From the NCBI GenBank assembly GCA_043228905.1, contig JBHGNT010000016.1, positions 18,910,001-18,974,000 of the forward strand: a stretch of 64,000 nt of DNA, read 5' to 3'. The position numbers and the translations under genes are program-made. The DNA is from Azolla caroliniana. Taxonomy: Eukaryota; Plantae; Polypodiophyta. Every line of letters starts with the position of its first letter. Position 1 is the first letter of the stretch. The notes below the pieces were generated by a model. That model did no database searches, was not told the origin of the DNA, and was given only the letters and a program-made list of their open reading frames with translations. This document shows positions 11,548 to 23,700 of the stretch, piece by piece.

Positions 11548-14500
11548 TATAAGCTCTTCTTCAACCGGCACACCAGGTGCTCCTTCCCTTTCTTCTCAAA
11601 TCCTTCCAGTTGATGCATGTAGATCTCTTCTTCGAGGTCGCCATATAGGAATGTCGTCTTGACATCCAATTGCTCTACCTCGAGGTCCATGCTTGCTGCT
11701 ATTCTCAATACTGTCCGGATAGATGTCATCTTAACTACCGGGGCAAAAATCTCATCGAAGTCCACTCCCTTCTTCTGCTAGAAACCCTTCACTACAATTC
11801 GGGCTTTGTATCTTGGCGGGTTTCCGGCATCTTCCGGTTTTAGCTTGTACACCCACTTGTTCTAGAGTGCCCTCTTTCCTTTCGGCAACTCCGTCAGTTC
11901 ATACGTGTGGTTCTCATGTGGGGAATCCATCTCATCCTGCATGGCACTCAATAACTTGCGGTTGTGGGTCTTTGCTTCTTCGAAGCTTTACGGCTCCCCC
12001 TCATCGGTTAGCAACACGTGTTTTGCATCCGGAAATCTCTGGGGGGGCTCTTCTCTCTCTAAGAGGATATCTTCGTCCTTGGTTTCTGACTGTCGGTTCC
12101 TCCGTTTTTTTCGAAACCAAATCCGATTTGGGATCTTGTTTGGTTCCGGTGTCTTCTTCTTCTTCTTCTTCTGTCAATTCGGTTTCTTGTCCGTATCCAG
12201 CCGGTTCTTCGAGTGTCATCCAATTACCAGCTAACATCCGGTTTTCAACTGGGTATATCCTTGTGTCCTCAAGCCGGTTTTCATTGGATGATCCAGAGTT
12301 CATCACCATCTTCTCCGACTCCCAGTCGGCAATGGTCCTATCTTCCATGAAGACTATGTCCCGACTCTGGAACATCTTCTTATCGACCAGATCCACACCC
12401 GATAATCGAACTCATCGTCGTCGTATCCAAGGAATATGCATGGCCGAGACTTCAAATCTAGCTTTTCTCTCTTGTCCTTTGCAACATGCACATATGCGAG
12501 ACACCCGAACACCTTTAGATGCCGGTAAGACACGTCCTTACCAGTCCATACTCTTTGCGGCGTGTCTCCGTCCAAGGACACTAAGGGTGATTTGTTTGTC
12601 ACGTAGGTCACCGTCGTCAGCGCCTCAACCCAAAAACGTCTTGGGTAACTTTGCATGTGCCAACATGCTCCAGACTCTCTCCATCACGGTCCGGTTCATC
12701 CGTTCGTCCAGCCTGTTCAATTCCGGCGTCTTCGGCACGATGAATTTGAGCCGGATTCCCTTCGACCGGCAGTACTCCTCGAACTGCCCCCGGTATTCTC
12801 CTTCATTAGCTGCTCGAACCACCTTCAGCTTTCGGTTGGTTTCTCTTTCCACTCTCGCGTGGAGTTCCTTGAAGATGAATAACACTTGATCCTTCGTCTT
12901 CAATGGTGAGACCCACAGTTTCCGATTGTGGTCATCTATGAACGTCACGAAGTACTACGCTCCGGCATGTGACTTCGTGTCCACTTGACACACATCGGTA
13001 TGCACCAACTCAAGTGGTGCATTCCGTCTCATCGGTGGTCTTGACCAAAAGGAGGTTCGGTTTTGCTTGCCGGCAAGACAATCGGTGCACTTCTCAAGTT
13101 GCACGTCCTTCACTGGAATGAGATTGTCTTCGGCAAGTCTCTTCATCCCCTTCTGGCTCATATGTCACAGTCTCTTGTGCCACAACTCACCGGCAGTGTC
13201 GGATGCTACGTTCACTTCTTCCCAGTGTATCCGGGCATTCATCAAGTACAATGTGTTGATCTTCCAGGCTCGAGCCACAATTAGGCTCCCTTTGCAAAAA
13301 TTCATGACTCTGTTCCAGATGCTACCCGTGTAGCCTTCATCATCTAGCCGGCCGGCTGATATCAAGTTCAGTCGAACCTCCCGAACATGTCGAACATCCT
13401 TCAGCAACAACTTGCATCCAGTTGATGTCATCAACAACACATCTCCTATGCCAACAATTCGGCATGTACCTTCATTCCCCATCCGGACACAACCATGATC
13501 TCCGGCTGTGTAGGATGAGAAGCACCTCCGGTCCGGTGTTGGGTGGAACAATGCTCCAGAATCGACAACCCACATTGTCTCGTTGCCGACAAGGTTTAAC
13601 TCATTCTCTTTGGTAATGAGCATCAGTTCTTCTTCACTTGTCATAATTGCCGGTGTTCCCTTCCGATCCGGGCCTCTCCGGTCCGAACCATTTCAGTCTG
13701 AACTCTTCTTCGAATCGGTAGTGCCAAATTCTTTCTCTTTCCGGAAATGCCGAAAATTCTTCTGGAAGTGCCCCGGCTTCCCACAATAGAAGCAAGTAGG
13801 CCTCCCCCTTGACTTTGACCTCGTCCCCGATTTGTCCCGGTTTTGGGAACTCCAATACCGGCCTCTTCCCCGGTTGTGGTCATCTTCCGTGACCAAGGCC
13901 TTCGGATCAGTTCTGGACTCCCGGTCCTTCCGGCGAGCTTCTTCATCTAGCAATCTTGACTTGACTCTTGCTAGGGACAAGTGTTTTTCTTCTGGCCCGG
14001 CGTTGCCCAACGTGACAACGAGCGTGTCCCAACTATCCAAGAGGGAACCGAACAGGAGTAATGCGAGTACCTCATCGGCAAGAGGTACTTCCAACGAGGT
14101 TGCTTGATGTATTAGCCCCTGGAAGGCATTCATGTGCTTCGCCATACTTGATCCGTCCTGGTATCGGAGCCTCACTAGCTTCCGGAATACCGAAACCCGA
14201 TTAACAACATTCTTGTTCTAGAACGTAATGCCAATCTTCTCCTAGAGTTCATGAGCCTTGCTTTCTTCATTGAAGTTGTTGTACAGACTCATGTCGATGA
14301 AGCACCGGATGTATGCCTTCGTCTTCATGTGCATCACCTCCTACATTGTGGCGTCGATCTTATCCGGTCTCTTGTCCCCGAACTGAACCGACAACCAAAG
14401 ATCTTTAACCACCAGCATATCCCTCATCTTCAACTTCCACATTGAGAAGTTGGAGCCGGTGAGCTTGAACATGCCACCGAACAATTCTTCCATTTCCTAT

Positions 14501-15016
14501 GTTGTTCGCTCTGATACCAGATTGTGAAGAATAGCGCGGAATATTGCTCGGCCACAACCGAGTCGTGAATCACAGAAATGGGAAGTAGAGGGTACACATA
14601 ATATTTATGTGGAAAACCCTAATAGGGAAAAACCACGGGAGCCCACGGATTCCAACTATCACTATATGAGAGGAAATACAAAGTGGAGACACAAAGGAAG
14701 TGACCTCGTGCTCGCGATCTTCGTCGAACGGCGGTTACAACAGAAAGTGCTCATAGCTACTATCTTGCTCTCTCTCTCTCTATATATATATACAACAGTT
14801 ATCTCTACAACAATATGACAACCCTCTCTGCACATGTCATATACAAAGTGATTGCCCTAAGTCATATTTATACTTATATGAACTTAGGGCTATTTACAAA
14901 TATAGCCTCAATAGGCTTACTCAAAAGACATACTTACAAATATGTCTTCTCTTCTGGTTCTCATCGGGTCTGCTCCGGTTTCCGTATGTCTTCTGGTTCT
15001 CATCGGGTCCTCTTCA
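11548..15016 (-). mobile_element. Copia C (Tnt1/Tto1-like), 3'-truncated within RT; 5' LTR 14523-15016
   Basis: LTR TG...CA, tRNA-iMet PBS TGGTATCAGAGC (14508-14519), gag ATG at 14493, CFYCGKPGHFQKN knuckle, WVVDSGA protease, LELVHTDVC integrase, DFDEIFAPVVK RT ending at LKKSLYG; multiple stops. Confidence 0.9.
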
Positions 15017-15029
15017 TTCATAACTGGAT

Positions 15030-16231
15030 CCCATCCGGAGGGACCGATTTCCAAACAAGGTCAAAGCTCTGAGAGTGCACGGCCTTGTCGATCATAGAGG
15101 CCTACTACATAGCATTGTCAAAGGCAATGAAGGAAGCAATCTAGCTGCACCGACTAACTACCGATTTTTCGGCTACAACCCGAATCGATCAACTAGTGCC
15201 GACCATCTATTGCGACTCACAGTGCACAATACACCTCATCAACAACCAAGTCTATCATGCGAAGATGAAACATATTGAGGTTCGGTAGCATCACATCTAG
15301 GAGCTAATAACCGAAAAGAAGCTTGAAGTCCGGAAGATCGACACTGAAGTGAACATTGCCAATTGTCTGATGAAGCCACTCCCAGATCAACGTTTTGGAA
15401 CATTGAGGACAAAGATGGGACTACGACAAGAGACCGAGCAAGAGAAAACCGAACGAGGAGCAGAAGGGAAGTCGAAAATCGACCCGAACAGATTCACAAG
15501 AAGAGGAAATCAACACGTCCGGAAACACAAGGGGATGAAGAAATAACATTGAGCGAGGATACCAACTGGAAAAGAAATGATCGAAAGGCGAACGAACTCA
15601 GATACAGATGGAGGATCTAGTGAGGAGCACAGGAACAAAAACAAGCGAGCTACGAACAATCGACATAAGGCCAAAGTCGAGAATCGGACACAAGCCGACT
15701 TTGATATTCGGACCAATTCGAACAAAAAACGATTTGAACAAGTCGATTCGGTCAACTCGAATCGACTTAACCTTGACGCTAGCTGAACTAGGCTAAACAC
15801 CAACTTTACCCTTACCAACTCGGCTTTATGCCGACTGACTTGTAATATAAATGTCGAACTATGATAGATTAATTTAGTAATCGAGGTTTATGAGGGAGAT
15901 AACCCCAATCACTTGTACATGTAGGAAAGAGTTATCCTTTTACGGGGTAGTTTGTTGGCATAAAAGTCCGGCTCCTTCCACTTTGTATCCTAGTGTGTCC
16001 ACATGTCCAAATAGTTGCGGCTTAGTATATAAGCAATAACCTAACATTGTATATCTGGACTTCTTGTATCTTGAGTCACTTAGAGAGAGAGAACAATGAA
16101 TAATGAAAGCGCCTCCATTAGAGCTAAAACTGTGTCTACATTTCCATCATTTCTTTTGTCATATTCTCTATGTTGTTTGCCGAGCACATAACCTACAGGT
16201 TCTTACTTACTTCCGCGCATTCATTCCATCG
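15030..16231 (+). mobile_element. Copia B RNase H remnant, 3' UTR and 3' LTR (15953-16231)
   Basis: RSKL.ECTALSIIEAYY, KHIEVR, NIANCLMKPL; LTR TGTTGGCATAAAAG... matches the minus-strand LTR at 40071-40343 (about 10% diverged by eye). Confidence 0.88.
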
Positions 16232-16524
16232 CGTCCTGTTGAGAATCAAGCTCAACTTGGTCTAGTGTGTGAACTCACCTTGAGAGTGAAGAGACACACC
16301 AACGGTCAAGACTCACCATTATGTCACCACTTTGTATTCTAGCATTTAGTATGAGTCATAGAATCATATTCTATGACACATAACTTATGAGCTTTCACAT
16401 TCCCCATGCTCCATGAGGCTTGTAGTTAATGAAGAGAGAGGGTGACTACATAAAGCACCCTCCTCCCACCTTGTATAATGTTGAGTCTTTCTCCTTTGTT
16501 AATATACTTTTAACCTTGCATATA

Positions 16525-16563
<39 letters not shown>

Positions 16564-16771
16564 AGTTCACACCTATTCCGCTTCACAAGAATCCATCTCT
16601 TGGTTCTTTACATGGTATCAGAGCGATTTGGTAGCTCGATCTAGCCCATTCGCCTCATCGTGATCGTGTGTTGTGCTCCACACCGACGACCAAGAACCGG
16701 CTCATCGCTAGTGTAGCTTCGCGACATAGCTCGCATTCGAAGAGAGAAGAAGAAGAAGAAGAATCGACATA

Positions 16772-19625
16772 ATGAATACTCAAATGGGGAGTGCTCTCCC
16801 TACCGAGAAGTTGGATCGAAACAACTTCGCATCTTGGGAGTACAAGATGCACCAATACCTTGTCGGACAAGGCTATTGGAGCTACATCAAAGGAGCGCAT
16901 GAAGACCGACCCGCCGAAGCGGCTCCCGGATACGCAACATGGGAGCAAGCCGCAAGCCGCGTGATGTATTGTTTGGTGACATGTGTTCACGATCACATGC
17001 TCGGTTACATTCAAGAAGCCAAGACACCGAAGGAAGCGTGGGAAAACCTACGAAAGATTTTCGCCGCCAACACGACCGCGAGGAAGCTTCAACTCCACCA
17101 AGAGTTGAACAACATTCAACAAAGGGATATGTTCATCACAACATACACCTTGAAGATCAAGGAGCTTTGCGACTCGCTCGGCTCAATAAGTGTAAGTATA
17201 GATGATGATGAGATGGTGCAAATATGCCTCGGCGGCCTCGCACCACGGTTCGGCGCGATGCGAACCGCCATTCTAGCACGGGAGAAATCTCCCTCCTTCT
17301 TCGAGCTCCAATCAATGCTATTGGTCGAAGAAAACCACGTGCGTACAAGGAGTAATGAGTCAGAAGGCCACATGCTCTACACGCACTCTAATAGAGGAAG
17401 AGGACGCGGACGAGCGAGAGGCCGATTCGGCCAAGGACAAGGCGGACGAGGTCTGACCTACGACAACAACTCCCAATTTCGGCCGCAAAACGGAGGCCAA
17501 CGAGGAACCATCGCAAGAAGGGGGAGCTTCCACTCCGGCCCGAGCCGTCAAAACGCAACCGAATGCGGATATTGCGGAAAGCTCGGCCACCACGAAGAAG
17601 AGTGCCGAAGGAAGATGCGTGAATCAACTTCCACAAGCCGACAACTCACGAATTACGCGCACAATTCCAACTACGAAGAGTATAGCGGAATGTACGGGCA
17701 CAACTCCAACTATGAGGATCGTGGCAGAATGTACGCATACAAGTCCGACCGTGGCGGAATGTTCATGATGAAACATAGAGCAAAGTCTATGTCGGCCTCT
17801 ACCTCAACTAGTGCCCTCAATCCGGAGGACGTATGGTTTGTTGACTCCGGAGCCTCAAACCATATGACATCCCACAAAGAATGGTTTCTCGAACTTTGAG
17901 AGCCGGAGCGACCCGTTATGTCGAAACCGGAGATGACACTACACACCCGATTCGGCACATCGGCAATGTTCCGTTCGGCGAAAGAGGTAAGCAAACATAC
18001 ATTAAAAATGTCTTGCATGTACCCACCATCACAAAGAATTTGGTCTCGTTCGGCCAAATGGTTGAGCAAGGGATGCAAGTACGATTCGACCAAGAAGGGT
18101 GCTTCATCGAAAAAGAAGGCCGAATTATCGCACGCGGAAGAAGAGAGGGCCGGATGTTCATTCTCGATTCGCACGAGATGAAATCCGCCATGTTCGCGAA
18201 AAGCACGAAAGCCGACTCTGACATAGAGCTATGGCATAAGCGAATCGGCCACATCAATCTCAACAAACTCAAAGCAATGCAATCGAAAGGAGTCGTCATC
18301 GGACTCCCGACATTTAAAGAGAAGGAGATTGAAGGTGTATGCGAAGCGTGCCAATTTGGCAAGCAACATCGACACCCATTTCCGAAGGAGCGGAATGTGA
18401 GCAAAGGCGTACTCGCGTAATTCATTCCGATGTATGGGGTCCGGCTCAAACGGCGACATTCGACGGATGTCGATATTACATGCTCTTCATCGACGACTTT
18501 TCTAGGCACACTTGGATCTACCCGATGCGGCAAAAGAGCGAAGTGTTCAGACACTTCCAAGATTTCAAGAATGAAGTCGAGAAAGCCACGGGCCGACATG
18601 TACGATGCCTTTGATCGGATGGCGGCAAGGAGTACTTCTCGGACAATTTCACGGCGTATCTCCGAAAGGAAGGAATTCGGCAAGAATTCACTTGCCGACA
18701 CACTCCGCAACAAAACGGAGTAGCCGAGCGCAAAAATCGGCACATCGGAGAAATGTATCCTCGTAGGATACTCACTGGAGCAAAAGGGGTACAAGTGCTA
18801 CAACCCCTCAACTCGAAAATCTCAGGTAAGTCGAGACGTCGTCTTTGATGAGTCTGCATCCTAGTACGCACCAGAGACAACTTCAACTCCGACCCCGCTC
18901 AACCCGGAATCCACCGAACAAGAGATAGAGGATGAAGATCACCTTACGCGCATGTTCGAAGAAAGTCCGATCATGACCCGACCAAGCGGACCACAAGAGC
19001 CTTTGAGCGATCAAAGCACATCATGGCCTAGCCCGAAGATGGACAAAGGCAAGGCGAAAATGGCGGAATATGAAGACGATCGCTTCGACGACGATGAATC
19101 GACTCACTCACTCGACAATGAGTTCGGCGGTTTCGAGGTACCAATCGGATCCAAGAAAGCCCTCATCTCTGCGAATGAAAAGCTCCATAGATCCACTCGT
19201 GAAAAAAACCCCGTAAGCCGATTCGGCTACAACGATTATATGGCGTACCATTACGCCTTTATGATGAAGGTAGCGAAAGTACAGGAGCAGGAAACCTTTT
19301 CAGAAGCCGCGAAGGACCCGCGATGGATCGAAGCAATGAACGAGGAGATGCAAGCACTACGGAAGAACGAGACGTGGGATCTTGTTCCCACCTCACCACA
19401 CAAAAAGGCGATCGGATGCAGATGGATCTACAAGGTGAAGTATAACGCCGATGGCTCCGTAAACCGCTACAAAGCTCGACTCGTAGCGAAAGGATACGCT
19501 CATACGCATGGCGTCGACTACGAAGAGACCTTTGCCCCGGTGGCAAAGATGACGACGGTCCGGACCGTAATTGCGATTGCCGCGGCGAAAGGGTGGCACC
19601 TCCATCAAATGGATGTCAAGAACGC
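16772..19625 (+). pseudogene. A1 gag-protease-integrase and RT N-terminus (frameshifts, stops, integrase deletion near 18750)
   Basis: CGYCGKLGHHEEEC, WFVDSGASNHM, LWHKRIGH, IHSDVWGP, EQKGY, YKARLVAKGY, HQMDVKNA. Confidence 0.92.
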
Positions 19626-20764
19626 TGTCGTGGCGTGGCTCGCCTAGAAGCGTAGCGTTGCGTAGACAAAAGATATCGTGAAAGTGAGGAAGGAATCACT
19701 GGGATTATGGACGGAAGAGACGAAAGAGTAGAGATAGATAAATAGTGATCAACAAGATATGACAAGATAGGATATAGAATGATATTTGAAGCAATAAAAG
19801 AGATTTATAATTATTTGATGAAAGAGTTACAAAAGTGGTTGTTCACGTCGTTGAACCTCCGAACTTTGTCTTGCAAGGTAATCGCTCTTCTCTTTCTTGA
19901 TCGTAGACCACTACAATCTTCACTTCAATATTTTGATGAAGATAAGGCTCGAACCGCCTCCCTCTTGTTGAGAGTTGACCACCACGACCGCCAAGCTAGA
20001 GCTCCACCTTTCTCTTGAACTTCTTCCTTTCTTTCTCTATTTTATGGTATCTCTTATGTAATACATAATTTGATTGATATCTCATACATATCTCCCCTTT
20101 GATCTTCTCTTTCACCATTTAAATAGGTGCCCCCATGCATATGATGCATTGGAGGGTACAAATCATGCATGTAGTGCATGAAATGCATGTGATGCATGAT
20201 CGCCATTTGGCGTTCATGCATTACCTGTGATGCATGATAAACATCTCGCTCATTTGAGCTTTTATGTATGAAACAATATATGCAATAACAATAAACATGA
20301 AAACATAATCTTAAAGAGAAAGGGCCTATCCTAATGGTAGGTGTGTCAACTTTGATGTATGAGGTTGTGGGTTCGAGTCTCAAAATGCTATTGAATACAA
20401 CATACAACTTTATTTTTATATCATGAAGCAAATCCTTTATGTAAATATAAAGTATATATAAAGTATGCTTTATTTTATGTATATTACTAGTATAGAGTAA
20501 ATGGTAAGATTTGAGAGTCATAGGGTGGGGTTATTGGTTCAAGTCCTCTCTTGTTCGTGTAATATAATATATTTATCTATATATATATATATTATTTTTC
20601 TTTACATATATATAATATTATCATATGTGTTGTTAATATTATATAAAACATTATCAAATGTTATTTTAGTTACGTATTTATCTTATTGTAGACTTTTAAT
20701 GTGAAGCTTTCGTACTTCACGACATCCACCCCCTCTAGACCTGCACATCCTCCGGCATGTGCCA

Positions 20765-23700
20765 CTATCTTTCATCTTCATGTTGATCTATTGGAGGAGG
20801 TTCAAGCTCAAACCTTTTCTTAAATACTTTTATCCTCTTTCCAGCTACCACGTTTAGGATTAGTGTCCCATCCAATTCACTAAGCTTATAAGTAAAGTTA
20901 TCATATACTTTTCTTACTATATAAGGCCCAAACCATCTTTCAGCGAACTTGCGGACGGTGCTATGTTGATTATCTAAACTGCTATCATACACGAGCACCC
21001 AATCTCCTTCTTCTATTTTCTTAGGTCGAATTCTATGACTTTTATCAAAACGGATTTTATTCTTTAGTCGAGCCTCCTTCAATCGTTGGGCTGCTATTTC
21101 TATATCTTCAGGTCGACGCTCTAATTGTTGAATTCGCAAAGCAAGCAATTCTTCTCTGCTCACCTCTTCTCTCCATGGAATAGATATCCATGACATAATT
21201 GATTCTTCTATCGGCATGATGGGCTTTTGGCCAAGTATCAATTCAGCTGGCATGTACCCTGTTACTGAACTATGAGTTGTTCGATCCGCCCATAGTGCAT
21301 AAGGTAGCATGCGTGGCCAATCTCTTATTTTACCTTTACAGCTTTTCACGATCGCCTTAACTATTGGGCTATGTCCTCTTTCAATCTTTCCATTGGCTTC
21401 TGGATTATATGCAGTTGTAAGTGATAATTTGACCCCTATTCGGCTGAAGAATTCTCTAGCTTCATCAGAGTCGAGTTCTCCTCTATCTGCAATTATTTTA
21501 CCAACACACCCATAACGACATATTACATCTTCTAACAAAAATTTACATACAGCTCTAGTTGTTTTTTGTCGTAGTGGTCTTCCTTCTACTTGGTTTGTAA
21601 GGTCTTCTCTTGCTAGTACTAAATATCGCATTTGACCTTCCCCAAGTGGCATTGTCACTAGATCGACCATCCATTTATAATGCATTGATGATGAATATGT
21701 TGGTTTTAGCTCATCTCGATACCGGATAGTTGAATACCTCTGGCAAACCTCACAGATTTCCACAAATTTCGTTACATCTTTATACATATGTGGCCACCAA
21801 TACTTTTCTTTCAACTTCATAAATGTCGCCCATATGCCTCTATGTCCTGCCCACAAACTATCATGGAATTCATTAATTAATTTTCTCTTAATGTCATCCT
21901 TACAAATGACTCGAAGAGGATTTTCGGTTGGCCTTTTTGGACGCCTCCATAAATGCCCTTCATGTAAAAAAAACTTGAATGCTCGTCTTCGAAATTCATT
22001 TAATTGTTTCTTCGACCATGATGGGTTGGCTTCTTGAGTCTTTAGAAAATTTCCTATTTCGAACCATTGACCTTCATACTCTGTGTCTTTGAACATTATA
22101 CTTACATTAAACTCATCATGAGGCGTAATAGATTCTTGATGAGCAAATTGATGGCTTGTAGTTGCCCAGTTCTTATATTCAGTTTGCATCACCTTTTCAT
22201 TTATGAACCTTGCCCTTGACAGCATATCTGCAACTGGGTTGTCTTTTCCCTTTATATGCCGCAATTCTGGGTTTATGGTTCTGATGTATGCAATCCACCG
22301 AAGCATTGCAATATCTGGTGTCGTGCAACTTGCTATCATTCCAATGAGTGGCAAACAATCTGTTTCAACCACTACATCTGCTCCGATCAAGTAATCTCTA
22401 TCTGTTTTTAATGCAGTAAGCAAAGCCCACAATTCTCGTTTAACTTGTGCATAGTTTCTTTGTCTTTCATTTAATATCTTTGCTCCAAATCTAATAGCAT
22501 ATCGATGTTGGTCTTCATCTTCTTGGTTGATAACCCAACCGATCCCGATTGGGCTAGTATCAACTGTTACTATAATTGGTCTTTCACCTTTGTAGTCTGG
22601 TTGGCGAAGAATTGGTGCTTTCAGTAATGCTTCTTTCAGCTGTTGAACAACTTGTGTATGTTCATCAGTCCAAATAAACTTCTTTCCTTTTCTTAAAAGT
22701 TGGTAGAGAGGATCTGAGACATGTGCAAAGTGTGGTAACCAAATATGATAAAACACACATGCACCCAAAAATCTTCTCACCTCTGTTACCGAGTCGCAAA
22801 CTTCCTTCATATTTTGTATTGCATTAATTTTGATCGGTGAAGGCTTCCTCCCATACCACCCACACATATGACCAACTATTAGAACTTCGTTTTGCCCAAA
22901 GCAAGACTTTGTTCCTGATAGTGTCAAATGTACCTGCTCAAGCTTATTTAAAATACTTTCACAGTCATTAATGTGATCCATCACAAACTTTCTGCAACCA
23001 TTTCCAACCATAGTCTCATCTTTCTCTCTTTCTAAGCATCCCTTAATAGGAATATCATCTAAAAATGGCATAGTTACCTTTGGGATGTACTCATGTAGAA
23101 CCTTGTTCATTGCATTCATCATATGAGCAACTGAATTTGTCGCACCTTGAGGTAGAGTGCACATTCGAACCAACCCAATTGGTGTTTTCATTGTTGTGAT
23201 GTTGCGACTATCAATTGCTAGTTGAAATTGGTCGTATCCTGAATATAGGTCTCCCACAGAGTAAATCGCTCTTCCAGCAAACGCTTCCGCAAATTCATCA
23301 ACGATCGGTCCGATTCCCGCATTTCGGATTGTGACCTTGTTGACTGGTTGTAGATCTTGAATGAATCTTAGAGAACCATCTTTCTTTGGAACTGTGAACC
23401 ATCTATTGGAGTATGGTGCATTTGAAGGCTCTAAAATCTTCATCTTGACTTTATCCTTCAGCAGCTCCAACAATTGAGGTAATCGAGCTCTCGGTACTGC
23501 AATAGGTTTAAAATTCCAAGGAATATGAGGGATAGTAAATATTACCATTGGCGTCACCATCTTTGGATTTACACAACCAATCTCCTCAGCTTTGAATGCG
23601 AACGCTTTCCCATGCCTAAAGATCATTTCTTTGAAAGTCGCGATCTCTGATTGCAGAAGAAATTCACCCCTTCCGATTCTCAAGTTATTTATTGTCTCCG

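Noticed and set aside
11813-12889. 358-aa plus-strand ORF (also 17916-18794 on the minus strand)
   Set aside because: Antisense shadows of Copia pol with no recognisable motifs
20320-20395. Functional tRNA genes in the LTRs
   Set aside because: A and B boxes are present but no acceptor stem or cloverleaf could be folded
20054-20521. 155-aa His/Met-rich ORF present twice
   Set aside because: Lies in the LTR; its composition comes from the CATGCA cluster and its duplication is the LTR pair
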